A stretch of DNA of 63,986 bases, counting the filler, from Sanchytrium tribonematis (lineage: Eukaryota), in NCBI GenBank assembly GCA_018985235.1. It is 5 parts of 5 records of this genome, joined end to end, with 100 filler letters (N's around TTAATTAATTAA, not from the genome) between each part and the next. Parts side by side here need not be neighbours in the genome. Positions count along the whole stretch, not along the records: positions 41,222 to 54,750 come from JADGIG010000186.1; 4 more parts are not named here. One strand, 5' to 3'. Below the pieces are notes generated by a model. The model searched no databases. It worked only from the letters and a program-made list of their open reading frames with translations, and had not been told where the DNA came from. The translations under genes were made by a program, and so were the position numbers. Numbering within the stretch: position 1 is the first letter of the stretch; every line of letters starts with the position of its first letter. This document shows positions 41,571 through 54,850 of this stretch, piece after piece.

Positions 41571-43196
41571 TCATATATCTTCATACTCTTCACTTTCAAA
41601 TTTTCTTTTACTTGATTTGAATTCAAACGAATTGGGAGAAGCAGCAGTGATCCAGTTCCAGTCAATTTTCAACAAGTGCCTAACAAATAATTTTGTCGTT
41701 TGAACACCTTCAATGTATATAAACCATTTTGGCATTTCATTATAAAATGCGCTAGTTGGGTGTATAAAAACTTCAGTGTCATCAAGACGATAGTATCGGT
41801 TATTATCAAATTTAATGACATTCCTAAAGAAACCTTGTAAAAATGCTTTCTTGACAAACTCTTCCTGGAAAACTGATGTTGAAACCTCTATACCACACAA
41901 AGAAACCAATACCGATTTTAATAGGTTGAAAAGATTATGCGCTTTTGCAAGTTCTATATAATTTAAATGGTTTTTATCTGCAAATGATTTTGAAGGATTT
42001 TTGATGTACTCTGAATATATGCGATGATACAGAAATAAATCACCTTCCTTGGCATTAAACTTTTTAAATAACAATTCCAGTTGGTTATTATTGCTTTTTG
42101 AATACAATTCTTGGCAATGACAAATGGATATAATTTGTAAAACATGGATTAAACAATTGTGTGTCTTTGCGTATTCAATAACAGGAATATATCTAGGATC
42201 TATCGGTAGCTCTTTATACAGACTACCCAAAGAAGTTAGAAGACCACGATTGTTGAGTATATTAGCCTCTTGAAGTGTGATGAGACCAGAATTTAAAATA
42301 GATGTGCTTGGCTTAGATATGAAGTTGAAGAAGATCGGATTTCTAACTCCTAGAGCAAATAGTATATACAAAGATTGAGAGGAATCATAAAACATTATTT
42401 GAGGAATTGGATATTCAATAAAACCGGAGTAATCTGATTCAGTATATAGCCGATAGACACTTTCAGTTGCCCACTCAACGCGGAGGTCCGCTTTTTGCTT
42501 GGATGTACGCTCTAACACTAATTTATCATAAACACCATTATAATATGCATTCTTTTCCAAGCCAGAATCAACTACGAATTCAGCTTCCATTCCATAACCA
42601 GTGGAAAAAATTACGGAGCGTCTTGAAGAATCTAAACTTGGAGGATGTTTTGACTTGAGAATAGAGGTAGATAAATTGTGGGGTTTCAATTTGTTGGAAC
42701 AAGCTTGGATATCAGAGACCCCTGGGACAAATACCAGAATATTTCCTCGAGAGGTATTATTAAAGATGTCTACAATGCAATTAACTAAAGTAGTATTTAA
42801 AGAAATAATAGGATTCTCCAAATAATACACGCTGGCTTTCGACTCGCGATATTCTAAAATTCCAGGATTGTGAAAGTATTTTTTTAGTTTATGAATGTTG
42901 TTGCAAATAATAATTTTCAAGTCCTTCCTAGCAATCACAATCATTTTCAATAATCCGATGTAAATATCCATAAACGCGCTTTGGTCATAATCTAATAAAA
43001 TTGCGTTATATTTATCCAATTTTGGATCTACAAACAAATTGTATAAATTCTTTTTTATATTAGCACTGTTTATCGTTTCCACATTTTGGAACTTACTTTT
43101 CAAAATTTCCAAAATCTCTTCTTCGTTTAATTGCATGTCTAGTAGAGTTACTTGATACGAAGAGAGAAGGTACAGAAACTCATCATAAAACTTCAT
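41571..43196 (-). CDS. Degenerate DEAH/RHA helicase-like protein (HA2 and OB domains, ATPase motifs lost)
   Basis: GNILVFVPG..DI, FVVDSGLEK, YRLYTE, LTSLG...ELPIDP, EGDL, VFIHPTS are present. No GxTGSGKT; DEAH reads DYDQ. Confidence 0.82.
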   Translation of the reverse strand: MKFYDEFLYLLSSYQVTLLDMQLNEEEILEILKSKFQNVETINSANIKKNLYNLFVDPKLDKYNAILLDYDQSAFMDIYIGLLKMIVIARKDLKIIICNNIHKLKKYFHNPGILEYRESKASVYYLENPIISLNTTLVNCIVDIFNNTSRGNILVFVPGVSDIQACSNKLKPHNLSTSILKSKHPPSLDSSRRSVIFSTGYGMEAEFVVDSGLEKNAYYNGVYDKLVLERTSKQKADLRVEWATESVYRLYTESDYSGFIEYPIPQIMFYDSSQSLYILFALGVRNPIFFNFISKPSTSILNSGLITLQEANILNNRGLLTSLGSLYKELPIDPRYIPVIEYAKTHNCLIHVLQIISICHCQELYSKSNNNQLELLFKKFNAKEGDLFLYHRIYSEYIKNPSKSFADKNHLNYIELAKAHNLFNLLKSVLVSLCGIEVSTSVFQEEFVKKAFLQGFFRNVIKFDNNRYYRLDDTEVFIHPTSAFYNEMPKWFIYIEGVQTTKLFVRHLLKIDWNWITAASPNSFEFKSSKRKFESEEYEDI

Positions 43197-43339
43197 GGAG
43201 TTGATTTGACTTAAAATCGTCGTGGCCAATTAAACAATATATGAATGGAGATTAGTCTGAAGCAGCCGCTGAAATTAACCATCCAAGCTGAAATGATTCG
43301 AGAAGCGCACCAAGCCACTTTCTGTTTCATTACAAAAAC

Positions 43340-44693
43340 ATGAATATGAATCAAACTGGATCAGTTATTATTGGATATGCTAGCATGTGGACCCCATTAG
43401 ATTTTTCAAAGATACCAGCTGATAAACTCACTCACATTATTTTTAGCTTTTTAAATATAAATTCTGACGGTAATTTGATATTTGGGGATGATTCCTGCAA
43501 TTCTTGCTGCGCGATCAATTTCCTGAATTCTTTATTCAAATTGAAAAGCCAACACCCAAATCTCAAAGTTCAAGTTTCAGTTGGTGGTGCAACTTGGAAA
43601 TCATCTTTTAGCGTGGTTAAGGATGATAACAAACGTAAAGTACTTGTGAAGAGTGTCTCTGATTTATTGACTCAGTATCAAATCGATGGTATAGATATTG
43701 ACTGGGAATTTCCAGATGCCAATGAAGGTGGCTACTTTGGTCTCCTAGCGAAAGATTTAAGAGAATCTCTTGGGAATGAATATCTGATTACTTGCGCGGT
43801 GCCGAGTAGCTCTACACTGCTCTCTAACTATAAACTTCAGGATTCGAAATCATACTTTAACTGGATAAATTTGATGACTTACGATGCTAGCGTTGGCTCA
43901 GGTGTGGCTACTTTTCATTCCCCTTTATATCACAATCCCAATGATCCCATTGAGGACCAAAGTGTTGATTCTGCTGTCAAGACTCTGAAATCCTATGGAA
44001 TTACAAATGACAAGATTGTTATTGGAGTACCATTATATGGTTATACCTATCAAGTTTCAAAAAATGATGCCTCGCACGGACTTTTCAAGTCTTGCAGCAA
44101 AAACTGTGATGTAAATATAAATGATAAAGATATTTCTATTGATTCCAAAAATGTCAGATATTTTGACGACAAAAGCAAATCCCCATATTTATACAACAGC
44201 GATACTGGAGTTTTCACTACCTATGAAGATACAGACTCTGTGAATTACAAAGTAGAGTATGTCAACTCGAACAATTATAAAGGAATTATGTTTTGGGAAA
44301 TTGGATTAGATAATTTATTTGTAAAATCAGATAAATCTGTGCTGTTGCAAGTCACAAATAGTCTAAACAATGTTAACAAGTCCTATGTTAACGGTTATGC
44401 CTTGAAAGAGATTCCACTTCCAAGTAAGATATTCTAATTTAGACTGTCCAACAACAACCACAAATAATTATGCCTTGGGTTTAGGTATTGCATTTGGAGC
44501 AACAGCCATACTTGTATTAGGTACATTTTCTTTTCAATACATGAAAAAAAGGAAATTGAAAGTCGCACAAAAGCCGGATATCCCACTTAAAAATGTAGAA
44601 AAGGACACAGATGAGCAAATCACCACTAAATCAAAAACAAATTCAAACAATAACTCGAACGTGCAAATGAATAGAAATTCTACAAGCGTTTAA
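43340..44693 (+). CDS. GH18 chitinase with C-terminal TM anchor (exons 43340-44423, 44443-44693)
   Basis: LTHIIFSF, SVGG, DGIDIDWEFP, NLMTYD, GIMFWE. Splicing adds a TM followed by KKRK. Confidence 0.92.
44424..44442 (+). other. 19-nt spliceosomal intron
   Basis: GTAAGATATTCTAATTTAG; joins the chitinase domain in frame to the TM exon. Confidence 0.88.
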
Positions 44694-46035
44694 ATAACTC
44701 ATCAAAATAAATTTTCGCTTTCACTTCGAACTCTTCATGCACGATCCATGAAAGCTGTATAACTGATAAAATAATTGACCCCACTCCCAATAAAGAAGTT
44801 GCGTGTGGAAAATAACCACTTTGGATACCAATGTTGAACAATATTATCATTGAAGAATGACACAAATATATTGAAAAACTAATTGCACCGATAAATTGAA
44901 ACATTTTCGCGGATAGAAGTCGTTTGCAAAAATATGAATTGTCAAGACTTAAAATAAGCCAGGCTGAGTATTCCGTCATATGCAGATTAGTCCAGACACG
45001 CTCTAGATCAGTGGTGTAGGTTCCTTCTGAATCTCTATTCAAAAAGTATTTCATTGAAAATAAAACGTAAAGAAATACAAAATCACCCATAAACAGAAAT
45101 AGTCTCTTTCTAATATTAATGCAACCGAAAGCCTTATAAAGAACTACACCAACAAAGAATGGATATAAAAGCTCAAAAGTGTAACTTGAACCGCCGATAT
45201 TATTCGTCATGATACTAAGTCCGAACCAAGCCATAATCTCGAAAAAGAGCAGATTCCAGTATACTGGTAAATACCTTATAAATACAAACATAATTATATT
45301 TAATAGCCATTCTGCACTAAGTGACCAACTGGGTCCATTGCACACGTGGACAAGATGGGGATCATGATTGTATCTCCAAAATCCAGTTAAACTTAAACAT
45401 CTGAAAAACCTATCAGCTGATAGAAATTGAGTATTCCCTTTTTGAAAGACGTTAATTTGGTAGGCATTGACCAAGAAATAAATGAAAGCAGCGAGCCAAT
45501 GTAAAGGATAGAATCTCGATACTCTTCCTAAAATCAGCTTTTTAAGATTATTGCTTCGATGGGGTACCCAATATACCTTGGCCATGATGAAGCCACTTAA
45601 AACTACAAAGAGGCGAACTGCGATATAACCGTCATTTCCCAAGTAATAAAGCCAGGTCAAGTTGTTCAATTGATGCTTTAAAAATAACTCTGATGCAACT
45701 CCAAATTGGCAAATGTGATAAAATATAATAATAATCGAAGCAATACCCCGAATTGCGTCTAGGTGATGAGAACGATTATCTGAAATGGGTATATTTTTCA
45801 ATAAATAAGTATTCAGCTTCAAACTATTTATGTGCAATTCAAATATTTCAAAATATTCTCTTAAAACTGTATGAACCCTAAAATAGATTTTATATTCCTC
45901 AAAAAAATAATACAAATGACATATTAGTAGTATCATTCTGAGAATCATATTAAGCTCCATATAGCTATAAATGATGATACTAAGGATGAGGTGAATAATT
46001 AATTTGAAAATCAGTTCATAGGTTTTAGGTATCAT
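44680..46035 (-). CDS. Acyltransferase-3 (OafA-like) membrane O-acyltransferase
   Basis: LDAIRGIA...FYH, AVRLFVVLSGF, RVSRFYPLH, NGPSWSLSAEW, IGAISFSIYLCH. Start uncertain. Confidence 0.88.
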   Translation of the reverse strand: MIPKTYELIFKLIIHLILSIIIYSYMELNMILRMILLICHLYYFFEEYKIYFRVHTVLREYFEIFELHINSLKLNTYLLKNIPISDNRSHHLDAIRGIASIIIIFYHICQFGVASELFLKHQLNNLTWLYYLGNDGYIAVRLFVVLSGFIMAKVYWVPHRSNNLKKLILGRVSRFYPLHWLAAFIYFLVNAYQINVFQKGNTQFLSADRFFRCLSLTGFWRYNHDPHLVHVCNGPSWSLSAEWLLNIIMFVFIRYLPVYWNLLFFEIMAWFGLSIMTNNIGGSSYTFELLYPFFVGVVLYKAFGCINIRKRLFLFMGDFVFLYVLFSMKYFLNRDSEGTYTTDLERVWTNLHMTEYSAWLILSLDNSYFCKRLLSAKMFQFIGAISFSIYLCHSSMIILFNIGIQSGYFPHATSLLGVGSIILSVIQLSWIVHEEFEVKAKIYFDELFKRL

Positions 46036-46075
46036 TTGAAAACAAGGAGCGAAAATTTTGAAAATTGAGGCCAAT

Positions 46076-46799
46076 TTATTTTTGCTTATTTAAAATGGCA
46101 GCATCCCCGCCTAAAAATTCCTGGAGCCAGAGAGCAAAAGTCGGAGGTAGTAGTTGCAGCAAAGGACCAGACAATGTATATAATGGTCTCATCCATTGCT
46201 GAGAATAGTCCTTCTCAATAATCTCCAACAAAGATCCGCCCACGTATTCAGGTTCTAAAGAGGGCATTAACCATTCAAATTTAACAGTGAACTCTTTAAA
46301 TAAATTTGTCTTGATATGTCCTGGGAGCAATGTTGACACATGAATGTTAAAATCTTGTAATTCAGATCTAAGACCATTTGCAAAGGAAAATGTTGCTGCC
46401 TTTGACGCACAATATGGTATTGCACCTGGAGCATATATAAATGAACAAACCGAGCAAGTGATTCACATTTATGATTCTTTCATATTGTTCGTCTGATATT
46501 TGATCAATAAGAAGTGGATATTGTATTCCAGCGTTAAACACCATAACATCAGGTGTACCATGACTCTTGAGAATTTGAGCAAATGTTTTGGTGACTTGGT
46601 CTTTGGAACTCAAGTCGCACTTGTAAAAATCACAATCGAATGAAGGCTTATTTAAATCTACGACTATAATTTTAACGCTATTGTACTTGGCGAGTATTTT
46701 TTCGCAAGCATCCTTTCCGATTCCAGAAGAGCCTCCTGTAATGAGTATCTTTTTCCCATCTAACACGATATGTTGGGTTCCGAAAAGATTGAATAACAT
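46076..46799 (-). pseudogene. Short-chain dehydrogenase with internal deletion and frameshift
   Basis: TGGSSGIG, NAG and INVNHL lie in one frame; SVCSF...YCASK...LRSEL...PGHIKT lie in the +1 frame. The helix/strand normally between them is missing. Confidence 0.6.
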
Positions 46800-46909
46800 T
46801 CTGTTTGGTAATCTCCGCTTAAGGGTCACACGTGCCTAGTTCTTGATATTTAAATTATTGGCAGGACCACCGTTAAATCCCCGTTTGATCTATTTTTGCA
46901 GCGCAGTAA

Positions 46910-47527
46910 ATGCTCAATCTCCTACATTTCGTAATAACGATATCAGCACCATTAATACTTTTTACACCAAAATTATCACATACTAAAATGTTTAGATTAA
47001 TATTGGGCTGGCTCTTTTCACTTCTGTTTCTAGGCAAAGTCAATTGGGATTTTAATGAATTGATAGTGTTTTATTGCTTATGGACCATTCCCTTAATGCC
47101 TCCGACTCTACTTCTGTTGGAATTGTATCCAAGAACTAAAAAAGTTGTAATTTTTGGTCCACTCTTGGCAAATATTATAGTACTTAAGCTGCTTCCACTC
47201 TTTAGCCACATAGTCTATGTTAACAGTCATCTTGGATTTATATCGACTTCAATGTATATAATTGCACCCAAATTAAATTTGCTTGAAATGTTATATTCAA
47301 GTTCATTCATTTTATTTGATGTTTATTATGGGTACTCATACTATTGCATTTTCGAAGCTCAAGAAAACTACCATTATTACATCTCCTATCATGGTGTTCG
47401 AATATCTCTGTTCACTTGGATTTTTTGGTTTATCTTACCATTGATGAATGAATGTTTGAAATATATACCTAATTTGGAAATTACACTTTCACGGCCTATA
47501 AGGGCAATGTTGTCTCGACTGTACTAG
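46910..47527 (+). CDS. Hypothetical multi-pass membrane protein
   Basis: 205-aa hydrophobic ORF filling the gap between neighbouring genes. Confidence 0.55.
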   Translation: MLNLLHFVITISAPLILFTPKLSHTKMFRLILGWLFSLLFLGKVNWDFNELIVFYCLWTIPLMPPTLLLLELYPRTKKVVIFGPLLANIIVLKLLPLFSHIVYVNSHLGFISTSMYIIAPKLNLLEMLYSSSFILFDVYYGYSYYCIFEAQENYHYYISYHGVRISLFTWIFWFILPLMNECLKYIPNLEITLSRPIRAMLSRLY

Positions 47528-47562
47528 ATAAGAAGCACCCTTTATTCACTATGTTGTTTATT

Positions 47563-49788
<2,226 letters not shown>

Positions 49789-49791
49789 ACC

Positions 49792-51018
49792 ATGCTTAGA
49801 TTACCGATTTCTAATGTATCAGGATCAGATCCGGATGTCAAATTATTTCCCCTGAAAACGATCGTGAATTTAATGGAACCTAAATTTTCTTTTTATTTTA
49901 TCATTCAAGTATTAAGGAACATGTTTTATTTCTGCGTTATGTCGCCTGTTATGATTGTCAATGCGATTCGGGTTTATCTTTTTAATCCCAACAAATCATT
50001 ATCAGTTTCATTTATAGAACAATTTTTGAGACTAGGAATTAAACTTAATCCCCCTGGTCAAAAAGGTGCATTTGAATTTGTCCGCTTTATTACTAGCTTC
50101 CCGATCCATGACTATTTCACAAAATTTAACAGCAAATATTACCATATAGAGCCAATGACCATTCCAGTCTCTCATTTTATTTCACATCCCTGGCTCAACA
50201 AAATATCAGCTGCATTTAAAGGTGAGTTCATTCATGCCAAGCACTTATCGAACTCAAATCATTTGATACTATACGTCCATGGAGGCGCTTATCATTTTTT
50301 AAGCCCGCAGACGCACAGAAGTTTTACCTGCAAAATTGTTGATGAGACTAACGTGAACATGTTTGTATTAGACCAAAAGCTGGCACCAGAGTACGAATTT
50401 AAACAATCAATATTGGATGTTATTGATGCTTTTGTGCATTTCTCAAATCTTAATTATAAAATTACCTTGATGGGGGATAGTTCTGGTTGTGGCACTCTTA
50501 TGAGTGCTGTTCTATTGATGAAAGAAATGCAGATTGTCGATCCATTTAGTATTATTCTGCTTTCTCCTTGGCTTGATTTGAGTTCTTCATCTCCCAGCTG
50601 GAGTGAAAATTTAGGGAAATGCTTTCTGGGTCATCCCATGTACGGCTTAGAAGAACGTGTCACAAACATGATTGCACCACTTGATGTGTATCATCCATAT
50701 GCTAGCCCTTTGTATGGCGATTATAGTAATATTAAGGTTCCAATTCTTTTACAAATTGGAAGCGATGAGCTGATACGTGATGACAGCATACGACTTTTGT
50801 TAAATATTAAAAATGATAATTTCAATTTATCAAGCTATCGCCATTTGCTTAAAAAGTGGACTAAGCAAAATGAGAAAAGTGGCTATATTAAAGAAAATTA
50901 TGAAAAAATAGAGCTGCAAATATTTCCAGACTCTTTTCATTTCTTTCATATTTTTGGTGGACCATTTTCAAAATTAGCAATAGAAGAAATTAAGTATTTT
51001 TTATCAGACAAGTTATAA
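49792..51018 (+). CDS. Alpha/beta hydrolase, HSL-family esterase
   Basis: YVHGGAY, LAPE, GDSSG, LLSPWLDL, SPLYGD. Confidence 0.9.
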   Translation: MLRLPISNVSGSDPDVKLFPLKTIVNLMEPKFSFYFIIQVLRNMFYFCVMSPVMIVNAIRVYLFNPNKSLSVSFIEQFLRLGIKLNPPGQKGAFEFVRFITSFPIHDYFTKFNSKYYHIEPMTIPVSHFISHPWLNKISAAFKGEFIHAKHLSNSNHLILYVHGGAYHFLSPQTHRSFTCKIVDETNVNMFVLDQKLAPEYEFKQSILDVIDAFVHFSNLNYKITLMGDSSGCGTLMSAVLLMKEMQIVDPFSIILLSPWLDLSSSSPSWSENLGKCFLGHPMYGLEERVTNMIAPLDVYHPYASPLYGDYSNIKVPILLQIGSDELIRDDSIRLLLNIKNDNFNLSSYRHLLKKWTKQNEKSGYIKENYEKIELQIFPDSFHFFHIFGGPFSKLAIEEIKYFLSDKL

Positions 51019-51028
51019 CTCAATAAAT

Positions 51029-54000
51029 TTATTTCATAGCTCGAACTTCATCTAAAAACTTGGATTTTGGCTTGTTCTTCATAATAGGCGAGTACTCTTT
51101 AGATACAGTACTTCCATTTTTGTATTTAGCAACTTTAAACGAAGCGTATTTGTTTGTTTGGTTTACGTTATTAACTGCCACATAATTGTTTTTCTTACTA
51201 TTCACTTTAACAAATGCGCTCTCGCAAGACCAAAGAACACTTCCAACTGCCTCGCTTAAATTTGTAGCACTACTAACAACTTGATTTTCAGTATCCCGAT
51301 CTTTTCCAGAACTCATTTTGACGTTCATCAAGATACGGAGCTGTTGTGCTGAGGTTGGAACTCTTTCACAAGCTAACAAAACCTGATCTTTTAATCGCTT
51401 ATCAGGGCAAACATTAGCTAATTCAATTGCAAATTTGACCAAATCTTCACTATTTGATACCAAAGATTTAGACTCTTTTACAATTTTTAATCTAGATTCA
51501 GGATTAATATGCTCAAACGAAGTGCTCAGAGCGCCCAAGGTTTCAGAAATTCGTTTTGCAGCTTGAACTATTTGGTTGCCATCTGCGACCCATCTTGAGG
51601 TCTGAATATTTAAGTCTTTTGCAATTGCCTAAATAAAACATATTTACCTGTACGGGATTCTGGTTTAATTCATCAGCGGTTACTGGGACAGGGGCTTCTT
51701 CATTGACTTGAACAAATTCAATTTCATCTGGTCCAAGTTCGTCAACAGTCGCTAGAGTAGTGGGTTTTGGAGATTCGATCTTATTTTGAGATACTTGCGA
51801 CTGAGTGCTAATTGTCTTGTGCAGCTCTTTCAAGTTATCATGTAACAATTTCACAGTTGGTAACATATCGGAGTCATTTGCATAGACATCCTGTACAGAG
51901 TCGGGAATAAAATTAAAAGCTTTTAGCAAGGTAGAATATGCAGTGACAACAGAATCCGAGCGTGCTGATACACATGCCTTCAATAAATCATTTAGTGCTC
52001 CCTTCTTTTGAAGTATGCCCGCCTTGGCACTTTCAAAGTCCCCAGAACCTTCATTTAGTTCCTTCAACTCCTGATCAAGAAAATTTTGCAAATTCTTTGC
52101 CTCATTTTTATCGATGTTAACCATTTTATGAATCAGTTGATCATCCACCAGTTTTTCAATTTTTTTCAGTGTACTCAAAATTTTTGAGTCGTTACCATTT
52201 TTAGCAAGAACTGCTTTTAATTTAGAAAGCAAAGCTTTAGATTTCATTGCATCCAAGTTGCGGTTTGCTGACTCGATTGCAATAGCAATTTCCAAAATTT
52301 CACCTCTGTCTTGAATTTTGCTCTGAGTTACTTGATCAATAAGATTCTCAATCTCGATTCCAATAGGGTCCGATACAGATTTTGAAAATAGCAAATTTTG
52401 ATTTTTCAAACAATTAAGTGCAGATTCAATTTCAGGGCGAGATTGCAGAAATAATTCAAAGTTGCCCAAAGATTTCTCTATATTAATCAAAAGTGGCAGC
52501 AGGTTTGCCTTTTGGAAATCTTCAAGGTTTTCGGCCTGTAATTTAGCAAAATCAATCAAGACACCGCTTTTTTGGAGACATTCACTTTTTGATATCTCAT
52601 CATTTGCAGCGGAAATTTGCAAGTCTAGCATTTCCATCAAAGATTTGGAAATTGGTGCTAGATCGTACTCAATAATAGATTCCAGGGCATTGTTCATTGC
52701 ACTTGAACAGTCGAAATTGTTATCACTTTCAAGAATATTTTCTAACTCCTTTAATTCAGAATCTTCATAGATTGACTTTAATCCGCTCAAATGAGACAGC
52801 AGCTTTGATTTTCTGGCAGATAATTCAGACTTTGATAGACTTGATAGATCTGAGTTCGCAAATGTGCTGAATCTAGCCAAATGAGATTTCTTTACCGGTA
52901 CAGAAATTCCATTGAGAGTGTTTTGCAAAACTTTCAAGTTATCAACATTAATATCGGCAATTTTCGAAAAAGACTCCAAACTTTTTACCTGTTCACTGTT
53001 GATTTCGTCTTGCATGAATGCTAACACACTACCTAACGCTTTATCAATGTTTTTCTTGACATTCTCACGGCGATACTTTAATAATTCTGGGTCTTCAATA
53101 GAAGTATCAATCATTATTCTGAGTTCAGGTAATTCCATCGGTTCTGAAGAAAGAATTGCTCCGATATTCTCGAGTTTCTGCAACGAACTGTTAAGCTTTT
53201 CTGTAATTATAACATGATTAGGTTTTGAGTCGTTTAGTGCCTCGGAGACAGATTTGAGCTGCTTCAATTCGCTTTCGACGTAAGCAATATGATTGGCAAA
53301 TTTATCGTCTCTTGGGACTTTTTTCAAGTAGTTCGAAGCATCCTGAATTGCTCTAGCTGTAAGGCTTTTGAGCTGCTGGTGATCGTATTTACCTAGTTTT
53401 GGATTCTTTTTAGATAAGACACTACCATCTAAAACTGAGCTTAAATTAGCATTTATAATTTGTTCACTATTAACGAGGCCAGCTTTCCGTTTATTAAAAA
53501 TATCATCGTATAAGATATCGCAAGTTTGATTAAAATTTTTAAGTACGTCTTTTTCATGATGGGAAACTTGACAAGAAGAGGCAAACTCGTCCCCCAATTT
53601 TTCTCTATAGTTTTGTACAATTTTTAACGAATTGTTTCGCAAATTCTGGGATGTCTCCAAAGACTGAAATTTTGCAAGGTAATCCACCGCATCAGCAGAG
53701 GGTTTTTCCATATCAATTTTGTCACTAATAATTTTGCTCAGAAGAGGGATAAAAAGTCCATCCTTATTTTCCAGTCTTTGTTTCAATGATGCAGCCAAAT
53801 AGGAAGAGTGAGCATCACTTATCTTTTCAATGCCACTTTGCAATGCTTGCAAACTTGATACCAAAGTTAAAAAGTCTGGAAGAAATTTTGAGGCTTTGTC
53901 TTGTTTTAAATATTCGTGGAGAACCAATGCCTCCTCTTCAACAATATCACAATAATTGTTGACCATGTTCTTTCCACTAGCAACATAGAGTGGAGAGTAT

Positions 54001-54750
54001 TCCTTGGATGACTTGATGACTAAGTCAACAGATTCGAAAAATGGTTTCAAGTCAAAATTTTGATAATTTCCCTTGTTAATTTCCTTACAAAGAATTTCTA
54101 GTTCTTTTTTAGATCTAGATATTATATTGGTAATTGGAGGTAATTTGTTTGGAAGCTTTTGAAGGAACTGCTGAGGTAAATCTGCTGCTACCAAAGCAGC
54201 TTCAATATCCAAACAAATCCGTGTGGCAATGTCGCAATGTTGATTAAGAGCGTCTTTCATGTTGAAATTGAGTTCCTTTGAAGACAGCGTATTTACAACT
54301 TGAACATATTCGAACATACATTTGCTAATTGCAATTAAAAGTGGAGAAGTTTGCGATAATAAGAAGATTCTGGACTCTAAAAACTGGCCGACGGCCGGGT
54401 ACAAAAGCTCAGCTGCTCTCGTTTTGACCAATTGCATTAGCATCACTGCCAATTGGTAGACTGGCTTGGTGACCTCTAATAATTGCTGTGGAGCCTTGAC
54501 AAAACTAGCAAAATCGCTCTCCCGCAAAATTCCTATTCTTTCTCTTAAGCTTTTGGACACACTTAAAATTCTCAAAACTTCTGACTCGTCCCAAATATTC
54601 AAGAGATCTTGGGTTGATAATAAAATTGTCTTCAGGCATTCCACCAAACCATTTAGATATTCTGGATCCAAGGGAGATTTTGCAAGTTCCTCGCAATTTT
54701 TAACGAGAGAGTTGCCAGATTGATTTGCTCGCACTCCGATTTGATCAATC
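51029..54750 (-). CDS. Vinculin/alpha-catenin family protein, 5' partial (intron 51647-51629)
   Basis: After splicing: NPVQAIAKDL...SRWVADGNQIVQAAKRI and CPDKRLK..L.ACERVPT.AQQLRIL (vinculin tail). Head-like WDESEV.RI. Confidence 0.85.
51629..51647 (-). other. 19-nt spliceosomal intron
   Basis: GTAAATATGTTTTATTTAG; removal restores the vinculin tail. Confidence 0.92.
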
Positions 54751-54850
54751 NNNNNNNNNNNNNNNNNNNNNNNNNNNNNNNNNNNNNNNNNNNNTTAATT
54801 AATTAANNNNNNNNNNNNNNNNNNNNNNNNNNNNNNNNNNNNNNNNNNNN
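54751..54850. other. Artificial contig-joining spacer
   Basis: N-run/TTAATTAATTAA/N-run. Confidence 0.98.
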
